Shown piece after piece: positions 1 to 8,070 of a DNA stretch of 32,000 nucleotides (position 1 is the stretch's first letter; the number at the start of each line of letters is the position of its first letter). The position numbers were made by a program, and so were the translations under genes. The notes below the pieces were generated by a model, which did no database searches, was not told the DNA's origin, and saw only the letters and a program-made list of their open reading frames with translations. Origin of the DNA: Promethearchaeota archaeon (GTDB lineage: Archaea; Asgardarchaeota; Lokiarchaeia; Sigyniarchaeales; SOKP01); NCBI GenBank assembly GCA_030606485.1, contig JAUWGH010000005.1, positions 240,001 to 272,000 of the forward strand. Direction: 5' to 3'.

Positions 1-795
1 GTGCATATATATCCCAATGAGAAAGAGACCTCCAATCTGCCCACGTGATGATTGCACCTCCTGCTCCATCACTACAAACCTGAGGTTCTTTTTGGGTAGC
101 AGCCTTTGTACATATAGCACTTCCGTCAAGTGTCCATTGAATACTTCCAGCTGAATTAACTCGCTGTGCATAAATGTCATTAGAAGTCCCTCTTTGATCT
201 TGCCATGTGATAATAGCTCCATTAGATCCGTCGGTTATAATTTGAGGATAATTTTGATCGTCGATAGCTCCACATATTTCTATTCCGTCAAGTGTCCATT
301 GAATACTTCCAGCTGAATTAACTCGCTGTGCGTAAATATCCATATCTACTGTTCCTCTATCATCTTCCCACACAATGATAGCTCCCCCAGCATCGTCACT
401 ACAAATTTGAGGAGAATATTGAAAATCGCTTTCCGCGCATATAGCCCTACCATTGGAAGTCCATTGTACATCTCCATTAGAATTAATTCGCTGAGCGTAA
501 ATATCATAAGTAGCTCCTCTTGAATCTGCCCACACAATAATTGCACCGCCTGCCCCATCACTGCAAATTTGAGGAATAACTTGATGATCGTCTGAAGTAC
601 ATATGGGCTTACTCTCAGTTCCCCAAGCAATTCCCCAAGATAAATTAGGCAAATTTTTTATAGAACTCGTTGAAGTTATGTTATTATTACTCGCTGATGA
701 CCAAAAAATTAATAGAGACGTATTTATCATAAATAAAAGTGTTGTAATTATGAATAAATGTATTAATAATGAACCTTTAAAATTTTTTTTCTCAT
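1..795 (-). CDS. Secreted/surface protein with ~54-aa tandem repeats (probable beta-propeller-type repeats); 5' part only, runs off the left edge; signal peptide apparently out of frame
   Basis: Not in the ORF track because its stop lies outside the window. Open minus-strand frame from ~799 to 1, first in-frame ATG at 730. Manual translation gives four repeats, e.g. ICTSDDHQVIPQICSDGAGGAIIVWADSRGATYDIYAQRINSNGDVQWTSNG and ICGAIDDQNYPQIITDGSNGAIITWQDQRGTSNDIYAQRVNSAGSIQWTLDG. ATG at 795 gives a signal-peptide-like start (MRKKNFKGSLLIHLFIITTLLF) only after a -1 shift at the A8 tract 783-790. Confidence 0.85.
121..331. repeat. Exact 49-bp direct repeat (121-169 and 283-331; period 162 bp = 54 codons) within the repeat-protein gene
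   Basis: ttccgtcaagtgtccattgaatacttccagctgaattaactcgctgtgc occurs identically at both positions, encoding AQRVNSAGSIQWTLDG. Confidence 0.95.
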
Positions 796-1030
796 GATTT
801 TACCCATCTTCAACTCTATTTTTAAAAAATATTATTAGAAGTGTATAATATTTCATTTTTCCTATATTTATACATTTTCGTTGATAGAATTTACTAAGAA
901 AAATAGAAGTGCTTTCGGGGAAATTTTTACAAATATTTCAAGAAATTTAACATTTTTTAACTACTTTTTTTCATTTCTCTTTTTTTTTTGTAGTTAATTA
1001 TTTCGAGGTATTTTTAATTTTTTTACTGTT

Positions 1031-1822
1031 TTATTTCTGTTTAAGATAACCGGGAGCAAACATTTTTTTACAGATTTCGGGGAGGTCCCTCTCATCATAT
1101 TTTATTGTGATGTATCGCAAGATGTGATTGATAGTGAGGATTCTAAGAAGATCTTTCCCGTAATTCTCGAGCATACCGGATTTAACCCCCAAAATAAGGG
1201 GTATTAATTCATGGTTTTCGGTATATTTTATCCTAATTGTTATTCCAGGAAAGATTTCTTTATTTAACTCCCAGAAGTCTTTATATTTAATGAAGGTCCC
1301 ACCAATAAATTCTGCTATATTCGGAATATCTTCATTAATTATAAAATAGAACGAGGGGCTTCTTTCATCAATGGCATTTTTTAACATTTCAGATTGTTTT
1401 TCTTTACCGGATTTAAATGGTTCTTTATTTATAATTATTCTTTCGGCGTAATTCATCATAATATCTATAAAATTTGCGAGGTCTTCCCCGGGAATCCACC
1501 TTATACGCTCACCTGAAAAGAAAAATTTTAATTGATCCGTTTCATTTGACCCAAACTCATCTCCATAATAAAAATAGATTGTGTGAATTTTAACATCAGG
1601 AAAAAAAGTTTTAGTTATTGTCCAATCTTCATTCAACCCTGTGTTTTCAAGTGTGCCCCCGATAATATTTTTTGTCACATTTTTAAGTTGTTCTTCAGTG
1701 AGTGTTCTGAAGGTATTAGCTTTTCTCCTCCCAATTTCCTTTAATTCTTTTTTATGGGGGCTACTGATAGAAGTTACTCCATCTATTTCATTAATTGAAT
1801 AAAGCTCTTTATGTTTCTCCAT
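1031..1822 (-). CDS. Hypothetical protein with two internally similar halves (loosely DUF3786-like)
   Basis: 263-aa ORF. IIGGTL..EDWTITKTFFPDVKIHTIY aligns with FIGGTF..DFWELNKEIFPGITIRIKY. The FFP-x-GDEF...GEDL pattern resembles my recollection of DUF3786, so the family call is tentative. Confidence 0.6.
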   Translation of the reverse strand: MEKHKELYSINEIDGVTSISSPHKKELKEIGRRKANTFRTLTEEQLKNVTKNIIGGTLENTGLNEDWTITKTFFPDVKIHTIYFYYGDEFGSNETDQLKFFFSGERIRWIPGEDLANFIDIMMNYAERIIINKEPFKSGKEKQSEMLKNAIDERSPSFYFIINEDIPNIAEFIGGTFIKYKDFWELNKEIFPGITIRIKYTENHELIPLILGVKSGMLENYGKDLLRILTINHILRYITIKYDERDLPEICKKMFAPGYLKQK

Positions 1823-1913
1823 ATTTTCAGACCTATAAATTATAGATATAAAAGATACTATTAAAACATAAAATTATATCTTCATGAATTTTTCTGAATT
1901 TATTACAATAAAT

Positions 1914-1928
1914 AAAAAAAAAAAAAAA
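1914..1928 (-). terminator. Oligo-T (T15 on minus strand) archaeal-type terminator candidate
   Basis: A15 on the plus strand, ~30 nt downstream of the stop of minus-strand ORF 1959..2522. Archaeal intrinsic termination occurs at oligo-T tracts. Confidence 0.5.
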
Positions 1929-1958
1929 GAAAAATAAATTTAATATTATTAAGCTTTA

Positions 1959-2522
1959 CTACATTCTTAATTCTTGTATCCACAGGCTTCGCGAATAATT
2001 ATACCCAGAATCTGCTAATTTTAGAAAATTGGTGCCACTTGCATCAAATCTCGACTGCCAGTACACTGCAACATTATATGTTCCCGCTGGTAAAGGGTTT
2101 GTTACATAATTTACATAGAGATTGTAAGTTAATTGTCGATAAGCACCCGTTGCTCCGCTACTATCATAGTAAGAAATAAAAAAAGTTTTATTACCGACTC
2201 CTTCTACCACTACAGAAAAAAAATAGCTATTTTTTACATTAAAGGTACCACTTAGAGTTAAAATTGCGTCAGCAGTAAAAATAATAGCTAGTGAGGAGCT
2301 CTCTTGAATAGTTATATTTAATTCAGTGTCGCTTATTTTTGTATATGCTGTAGTTTCACTATCAAAAATTATCGCGGTAGTTCTCCATTCTGCGTATTTA
2401 GATTGAACAACAATATTTTTCTCACTGACACCTGGAAAAATAAACGGTAAAGCAAAAAAAACTATCGCACTCATTAAGATTAAAGAAATTAAAATACTTC
2501 CAACAACTTCTTTGCCAGACAT
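1959..2522 (-). CDS. Membrane-anchored/secreted hypothetical protein with a beta-rich extracellular domain
   Basis: N-terminal hydrophobic helix (VVGSILISLILMSAIVFFALPFIF), Ser/Thr/aromatic beta-strand pattern, N-glycosylation sequons NIT, NKT, NYS. Confidence 0.7.
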   Translation of the reverse strand: MSGKEVVGSILISLILMSAIVFFALPFIFPGVSEKNIVVQSKYAEWRTTAIIFDSETTAYTKISDTELNITIQESSSLAIIFTADAILTLSGTFNVKNSYFFSVVVEGVGNKTFFISYYDSSGATGAYRQLTYNLYVNYVTNPLPAGTYNVAVYWQSRFDASGTNFLKLADSGYNYSRSLWIQELRM

Positions 2523-2833
2523 AATTTCACCTTCAAATTTTCAGATAAAATTTTTTATTTATGCATATTTATAGTTAGAAATTAGAACTATTTATTGGAT
2601 TAAAATAAGTTTAATTGTTAAATATATAAACTTTTTTTTTTTAAAAAAAAAGCACTTAGAATTATTAACCATTCATTTTTTCGACTAATCATTAAATTAA
2701 AACAAGTATTTCACCATTTTGTGTAATTTCAAATTTAAAATTATGGCTTAATAACATCTGTATGATACTTTATTTTTTGAAATTTTTTTGGAAATTAATA
2801 TTCATCCTTTTAAAAATTTTTAATATAGTAATA

Positions 2834-3313
2834 ATGGTTGGTAATTTCAAACAAAAAGTTGTTTTCATAGGTAAAGGTGGCGTAGGCAAATCTACTATTC
2901 TTTCTTTAATGCAAGGTAAGGAAATTTCGGAACGTCGTGATCCAACAATTGGCGTTGCTATTGAGCAAGTAAAATTAAATAATAGTGAAAAAATAACCAT
3001 ATGGGATATGGGGGGACAAGAACGCTTTCAATTCATGTGGGAAGATTTTGTTAAAGGAGCTGGATTAACAGTATTAATTACTGATTCTACAGAAGAGAAT
3101 ATTAACTTCACTAAAGGATTTTATGAAAGGTTTTCTAGGTTTAAAGGGAGTAAAGTTATCGCAATTGCAAATAAACAAGACTTACCCGGAGCAATTAATA
3201 TCCAGAATGTTGCTAATAGATTAGGTGTTAAAACATATGGGATGTGCGCAATAGATCCTGCTAAAAGAAAAGAAGTTCAAGCAATTTTAAGGCAAGAGAT
3301 TTCCGAAATTTAG
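2834..3313 (+). CDS. Ras-superfamily small GTPase, Arf/Arl-like
   Basis: G1 GKGGVGKS, G2 PTIG, G3 WDMGGQ, G4 NKQD, G5 CAI. ATG 2834 (MVGNFKQK) is preferred over 2762 because the upstream part is low-complexity AT-rich sequence. Confidence 0.92.
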   Translation: MVGNFKQKVVFIGKGGVGKSTILSLMQGKEISERRDPTIGVAIEQVKLNNSEKITIWDMGGQERFQFMWEDFVKGAGLTVLITDSTEENINFTKGFYERFSRFKGSKVIAIANKQDLPGAINIQNVANRLGVKTYGMCAIDPAKRKEVQAILRQEISEI

Positions 3314-3355
3314 TAAAACTTTTAGTAATTATCATTTTTGTTAATTGTGAAAAAG

Positions 3356-3922
3356 TTAAATCTCGAAAGACGCTCCTATCAAATGAGCAATTCGAACGGG
3401 TTCGGGAAGTTTTGAATCTATTGAAACTTTTTCCATTAGAATCTTAACTTTCTCAGGAGGTACTCCTACTGAATGAAAATAAACTGTTGAATATCCACCA
3501 TGGGTTTTTATTTTCATTTCATATAAATTACCAGCTTTAATGATTTTATTGATTTTATCTGTGTTTTTTTTTGGAAATTTTTTAATGATAGCTTTTTTTA
3601 CATCATCAAGGTTTACCATACGTTCAGTAAATGCAATTATCGGAATTTCAAGTTTTTGGTATATCTCCTCAATATCTGCAATGTTGAAACCACCAAATGT
3701 GATTGTATGGGTTAGGATATATTGAACATTATTTTCGCATGATCTAACCAGATCAATAATCGCATCCGTAGAATCATCTCCATCAATGGATATTTCTTTT
3801 TTTACAACCTTTACTACTCTAGTTCCTTGACATACAACACCAATTAAGGGAGTAGTTTGTTTTTGTCCATCAAAACGAAATTTAGCATCATCAAAGCCAA
3901 TAGTTATTGGATAATCTTTCAA
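3356..3922 (-). CDS. DUF99 family protein (endonuclease V-like fold)
   Basis: IGFDD, IDGDDST, ITFGGFN and KLPEPVRIAHLIG motifs typical of archaeal DUF99; usual neighbour of rpoL and RNase III-like genes. TTG start. Confidence 0.85.
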   Translation of the reverse strand: MKDYPITIGFDDAKFRFDGQKQTTPLIGVVCQGTRVVKVVKKEISIDGDDSTDAIIDLVRSCENNVQYILTHTITFGGFNIADIEEIYQKLEIPIIAFTERMVNLDDVKKAIIKKFPKKNTDKINKIIKAGNLYEMKIKTHGGYSTVYFHSVGVPPEKVKILMEKVSIDSKLPEPVRIAHLIGASFEI

Positions 3923-3928
3923 ATTAAA

Positions 3929-4414
3929 TCACTCAATCCTAGGGATGAATTTTTTAACGTTTTTTAATAAGTGAGTAAACGATTTAATAGCTTCAATTCT
4001 TTCAATTTTGTAATTGGAGATATCATCTTCAAGTTGACTCGCAAGAATTGATATTATTTGTTTAATAGTTATTTCTCCAGACAACCAAACATATGCAATT
4101 AGACCCTCATAAGTATTCGCTAAATCATGGGAATCTGGGCGAGTTTTTGCATATTGCCTCATATCTGCATTTTTTAAAGCATTAGAAAGAATATGTTTAT
4201 CAACTTTTTTTCCCTCTCTAATTGGAGATTCAGGAATGCTTTTAAAATGTGTTAAATATTTCGATTTTGCTACAGAATATGTTAAATTAATAATGCCATC
4301 TCCGATTTTCGCTAAACCTTTATCAGTTCCAATTAATTTTGGTTTATCTTTTAAATCAGAAATTAGAAATGTGAGTTCATTTTTATTATTATTTTCTTCC
4401 ATAATATGACACAA
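3929..4414 (-). CDS. Archaeal ribonuclease III-family (single-domain) protein
   Basis: LAKIGDGIINLTYS and DLANTYEGLIAYVWL match RNase III signature helices. Probable start ATG 4402. Confidence 0.8.
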   Translation of the reverse strand: MCHIMEENNNKNELTFLISDLKDKPKLIGTDKGLAKIGDGIINLTYSVAKSKYLTHFKSIPESPIREGKKVDKHILSNALKNADMRQYAKTRPDSHDLANTYEGLIAYVWLSGEITIKQIISILASQLEDDISNYKIERIEAIKSFTHLLKNVKKFIPRIE

Positions 4415-4420
4415 AAAGAA

Positions 4421-4897
4421 TCAGAAGTTTTTAATAAAAACTTTTTGAAGTTTAATTACTTCTTCTTCGAGAAGAGAAACTCCCTCAGAGATAATTTTTA
4501 TAATATCAAATCCATTTTTTAATCTAATAAATACTTTTGATGGCTCAATAGTTGTACTCTTATAAGCAGCTATTTCAACACCTTCAATATCTAGTAGGTA
4601 CTTAACTAAGATATTACAAAATCCATGAGTTTGACCTTCAATACTTAGTTCATAATCTTTTTCTCTGATTTTCTTAAGTTGTAGATTTAAATATTTGTAA
4701 AATTTTTCTTCTTTTACTGGTATTTTTTGAATTTCTTCTTCCTCTTCTGATACTTCTTCTTGTGGTTTTTCTTCTTCTTTAGTTTCCGTATCCGGATATT
4801 CTTCCTCAATATCAGCAGAAAAAAGTTCTTCATCTATATCTTCTAATTCTTTATTCTTTGTCTTATTTTTTTTACTTGTAGTTGTTTTTTTTGCCAT
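4421..4897 (-). CDS. rpoL: DNA-directed RNA polymerase subunit L (Rpo11) with long charged N-terminal extension
   Basis: The C-terminal ~85 aa (YELSIEGQTHGFCNILVKYLLDIEGVEIAAY) fit the RBP11/RpoL pattern (GEDHTLGNLL-like); position downstream of csl4 matches conserved archaeal synteny. Confidence 0.82.
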   Translation of the reverse strand: MAKKTTTSKKNKTKNKELEDIDEELFSADIEEEYPDTETKEEEKPQEEVSEEEEEIQKIPVKEEKFYKYLNLQLKKIREKDYELSIEGQTHGFCNILVKYLLDIEGVEIAAYKSTTIEPSKVFIRLKNGFDIIKIISEGVSLLEEEVIKLQKVFIKNF

Positions 4898-4976
4898 TTA
4901 AAGGAACACCTATTTGATTAAAATTCGTAATATAATTTATTTTTTTCTCTTATTTCTATTAGTTCTGAATAATAAG

Positions 4977-5186
4977 TTAAGAAATCTCCTTTTTAAGGAT
5001 CTCTTTAAATAAATCTTGAATTAAAAAAGTCGCTAAACGTTGTAAATCTCTTGGACCACTTAATTCAATATTTATTTTCATTCTTACGTTATCCATTGTC
5101 AAATTAATATTTAAATTAACGATTTTTTTTTTAATTGCTTCAATAAATTGAACTGCTTGTTTTACATTATTATATGTAAAAGACAA
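4977..5186 (-). CDS. Small protein resembling the N-terminal domain of the DUF2067 family
   Basis: Lies between csl4 and rpoL, where DUF2067 genes usually sit; pattern SFTYNNVKQAVQFIEAI...KINIELSGP is similar. Start uncertain (TTG 5186; no in-frame ATG between it and the csl4 stop). Confidence 0.55.
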   Translation of the reverse strand: MSFTYNNVKQAVQFIEAIKKKIVNLNINLTMDNVRMKINIELSGPRDLQRLATFLIQDLFKEILKKEIS

Positions 5187-5250
5187 TACTTTTCGTTTAG
5201 TTTTAGGAATAAGAGATCCCTCTTCACATTTATAAAGACATGAAAAAATT

Positions 5251-5847
5251 CTAAAATATTAATCGGGTTTTTACTGAACCATAATCATTTGCTAATTTCC
5301 TTTTTTCTACATTTTCACAAATTTCACATTTCAATAAATCCCTTTTGGTTCTATATAAAGGAGCTCCACATCTTGAGCAATCCGCTGATATTACACCTAA
5401 ATTTGGTTGATCTGTAACTAAATCTACTTCATTATACTTTAGTTTTGATACTCTTGCTCTAATAATATCTGTTTTTTGAAGGGCATCTTCTATTTTTTCA
5501 ATATAATTTCTAGAAATTTGAGATACATGAACATTTCCTAAATATCCCGAATAAAATTTTACATTATTATTGATGATATATACCTCTACGCCTACAGAAT
5601 ACTTTCTTACAAAATTTATCATACCAATAACAATATCACCGATTATCATATTTTGTCTCTTACGTTCGTCAAATCTTTTAACAGAGATCTTCTTTTTGTG
5701 GGAATCAATATATATTCTTCCTGAACGAGTCGCATAAATAACCCCTTTGTCTGCATAAGTAGAATTTTTATCAGGTAAATATTCTTCAACTACACCCAAT
5801 CTCTGCCCAATGAAAGCGTATTCTCCGTCTTTTGTATTCTTTGTCAT
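5251..5847 (-). CDS. csl4: Exosome complex RNA-binding protein Csl4
   Basis: N-terminal GQRLGVVEEY, S1 domain (GNVHVSQIS...DIIRARV), C-terminal Zn ribbon CSRCG...CEICENVEKRK. Confidence 0.93.
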   Translation of the reverse strand: MTKNTKDGEYAFIGQRLGVVEEYLPDKNSTYADKGVIYATRSGRIYIDSHKKKISVKRFDERKRQNMIIGDIVIGMINFVRKYSVGVEVYIINNNVKFYSGYLGNVHVSQISRNYIEKIEDALQKTDIIRARVSKLKYNEVDLVTDQPNLGVISADCSRCGAPLYRTKRDLLKCEICENVEKRKLANDYGSVKTRLIF

Positions 5848-5981
5848 TCAAATCAATTTTTTTTTAATTATTTCTTTAATTTTCTTAGTAACACTCGCTT
5901 AAATATACAAATAAAAATGATCTATAATAAATAATGGTTTCTAATATTTTTTATTAAGGAAAAAAATATTATTGGGATTAG

Positions 5982-6623
5982 ATGAGAAAAAAAGAATTAG
6001 TTACCATTATCCAAAAAACAAAAACTTTTACTAATCCTAATTTATCTTTAGAGCAATATTGTATCAGTGCAATTTCTGCAGTGGATATAATGTACTACGC
6101 TGGATTCGAACACAGTGATATTGAAAACAAAATAGTTCTTGATTTAGGAGCCGGTACTGGAAGGTTATCGATTGCCGCTACCTTTATTAGACCGGTATTA
6201 GTATTAAATATTGATATAGATCTTTCTGCGTTAATTATATTAAAGTATAATTGCGATAAATTAGATCTATATCATATTAATCATCCTATTGCATCAGATA
6301 TTAACCATTTACCCTTGAGGGATGCCTTTTTACGAGGAAACATTAATATCACAACTATAATGAATCCACCATTTGGAGTTCAAACAAGAAAGGCAGACAG
6401 ATTATTTTTAGATACTGCATTAAACATTTCAGATATTATTTATTCGGTTCATTTATCAAATAAAAATACTCGAGAATTTCTAATGTCTTATATAGAAAAA
6501 AGAAATTGGACGGTTGATGATATATTTTCTTTCAATATGTTTTTAGAGAAAACTTTTCAATTTCATACTCAAAAAAGGAAAGAGATTTTAGTTGATTTAT
6601 ACCGAATTATAAAAAAAGATTGA
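5982..6623 (+). CDS. METTL5-family (COG2263) SAM-dependent N6-adenine RNA methyltransferase
   Basis: LEQY, VLDLGAGTGRL (motif I) and MNPPFG (motif IV); commonly adjacent to csl4 in archaea. Confidence 0.9.
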   Translation: MRKKELVTIIQKTKTFTNPNLSLEQYCISAISAVDIMYYAGFEHSDIENKIVLDLGAGTGRLSIAATFIRPVLVLNIDIDLSALIILKYNCDKLDLYHINHPIASDINHLPLRDAFLRGNINITTIMNPPFGVQTRKADRLFLDTALNISDIIYSVHLSNKNTREFLMSYIEKRNWTVDDIFSFNMFLEKTFQFHTQKRKEILVDLYRIIKKD

Positions 6624-6626
6624 GAT

Positions 6627-7931
6627 TTATTGATATTTTTTCCAGTCATTAAATGATGAGGGATAGCTTACTATATTAGGATTACCTCCCTCAATCCTCA
6701 ATAATTGATTATATTTCGCATTTCTATCTGTTCTACATGGAGCTCCTGTTTTTATCAAACCTGTACATAAACCTACAGCCAAATCAGCAATGAACGTATC
6801 CTCAGTCTCACCCGAGCGATGGGAGACTACAACATTAAAATCGTTATTAAAAGCCATTTTTGCGGCGTGTATAGCCTCTGTTAATGTTCCTATCTGATTA
6901 ACCTTTAATAAAAGCGCATTTCCCGCTTCCATACTGATTGCTTTCTCTAATATTTTAACATTTGTAACTGTTATATCATCATCGACAATTATTACATTTT
7001 TATTTACATTTTTCGTTAATTTCCTAAATGAATCAAAAGCTTTCTCATCAAATGGATCCTCAATTAATTTTATTGGATAATCTTCTACAAGATTAATATA
7101 ATATTGAATCATTTCATTTGGATCTAAAACTTTTCCATCAATATGATATACACCATCTTTATAGAATTCACTTGCTGCTGCATCAAGCCCTAATACAAAA
7201 TCAATTCCAGGGGTGAATCCACTACTATTTATCGCATCTACGATAATATCTAAAGCTTCGGTTGTTTTTTGCATTGATGGAGCAAACCCGCCCTCATCCC
7301 CCACATTAATTGAATTTTTTCCATATTCCTTCATTAAAAGGTCTTTCATAGTATGGTAAGTTTCAACTAAAAACTGTATGCTTTCATCAAAAGTTTTCGC
7401 ACCGATTGGTAAAATCATAAACTCTTGGATTGCTAATGCATTTCCTGCGTGTTTTCCACCATTAAGAATGTTAGAACAAGGAATGGGCATTAAGTAAGAA
7501 TTAGTTGATTTATTATAACTCACTTGATACAAATGTGCGAATAATGGAATTTTTTGTAAAGTTGCTGCTAATTTAGCAGTTGCTAAAGATACAGATAAGA
7601 TTGCATTCGCTCCTAACTTGCTTTTATTTTCTGTTCCATCCAGTCTTATCATTTCTTCGTCAATTTTTTTCTGCTCTCTAACATCAAATCCAATCATTTT
7701 TTTCCCTAAAATGTCATTAACATTTGCAACCGCGGTTTTTACTCCCTTTCCTAAGAAAGTATTACCTCCATCTCTTAATTCTAGCGCCTCTGAAGAGCCT
7801 GTTGATGCTCCTGATGGAACTGCAGCACGAGAATAAACATCACCACTATAGATTTCTGTTTCTACTGTTGGGTTCCCCCTACTGTCCAAAATCCAGCGTG
7901 ATTTAATTTTTGTAATAGTAAATTCTGGCAT
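6627..7931 (-). CDS. eno: Enolase (phosphopyruvate hydratase)
   Basis: ILDSRGNPTVE, PSGASTG, GGKHA, GDEGG, LLKVNQIGT, SHRSGET, KYNQLLRIE. ATG 7931 preferred over TTG 7946. Confidence 0.97.
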   Translation of the reverse strand: MPEFTITKIKSRWILDSRGNPTVETEIYSGDVYSRAAVPSGASTGSSEALELRDGGNTFLGKGVKTAVANVNDILGKKMIGFDVREQKKIDEEMIRLDGTENKSKLGANAILSVSLATAKLAATLQKIPLFAHLYQVSYNKSTNSYLMPIPCSNILNGGKHAGNALAIQEFMILPIGAKTFDESIQFLVETYHTMKDLLMKEYGKNSINVGDEGGFAPSMQKTTEALDIIVDAINSSGFTPGIDFVLGLDAAASEFYKDGVYHIDGKVLDPNEMIQYYINLVEDYPIKLIEDPFDEKAFDSFRKLTKNVNKNVIIVDDDITVTNVKILEKAISMEAGNALLLKVNQIGTLTEAIHAAKMAFNNDFNVVVSHRSGETEDTFIADLAVGLCTGLIKTGAPCRTDRNAKYNQLLRIEGGNPNIVSYPSSFNDWKKYQ

Positions 7932-8070
7932 CTTTTTCTCTTTCAAATTTTTTTTTTATTGTTATTAAAAAATTTTATATGAATTTTAAAGATTTATTAA
8001 ATATAATCTACGAAACTAATATTTTTAATAATTATTATTAAATTTTTCTAAGTTATTTATCTGATACATT

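Noticed and set aside
346-797. ORF-track entries 346..630 (-) and 603..797 (+)
   Set aside because: Alternative-frame and antisense shadows of the repeat-protein gene, whose frame shows clear periodic motifs.
957-997. 8-bp inverted repeat TTAACTAC/GTAGTTAA around a 25-nt T-rich spacer
   Set aside because: Short, AT-rich and single-copy; no transposase or target duplication, so not supportable as a MITE or regulatory site.
2631-2652. C-T11-A9-G palindrome between divergent genes
   Set aside because: Low-complexity homopolymer symmetry expected at this AT content.
7040-7060. Enolase VDDDI in place of the usual VGDDL
   Set aside because: The metal-binding Asp and all other catalytic motifs are retained; likely a neutral variant.
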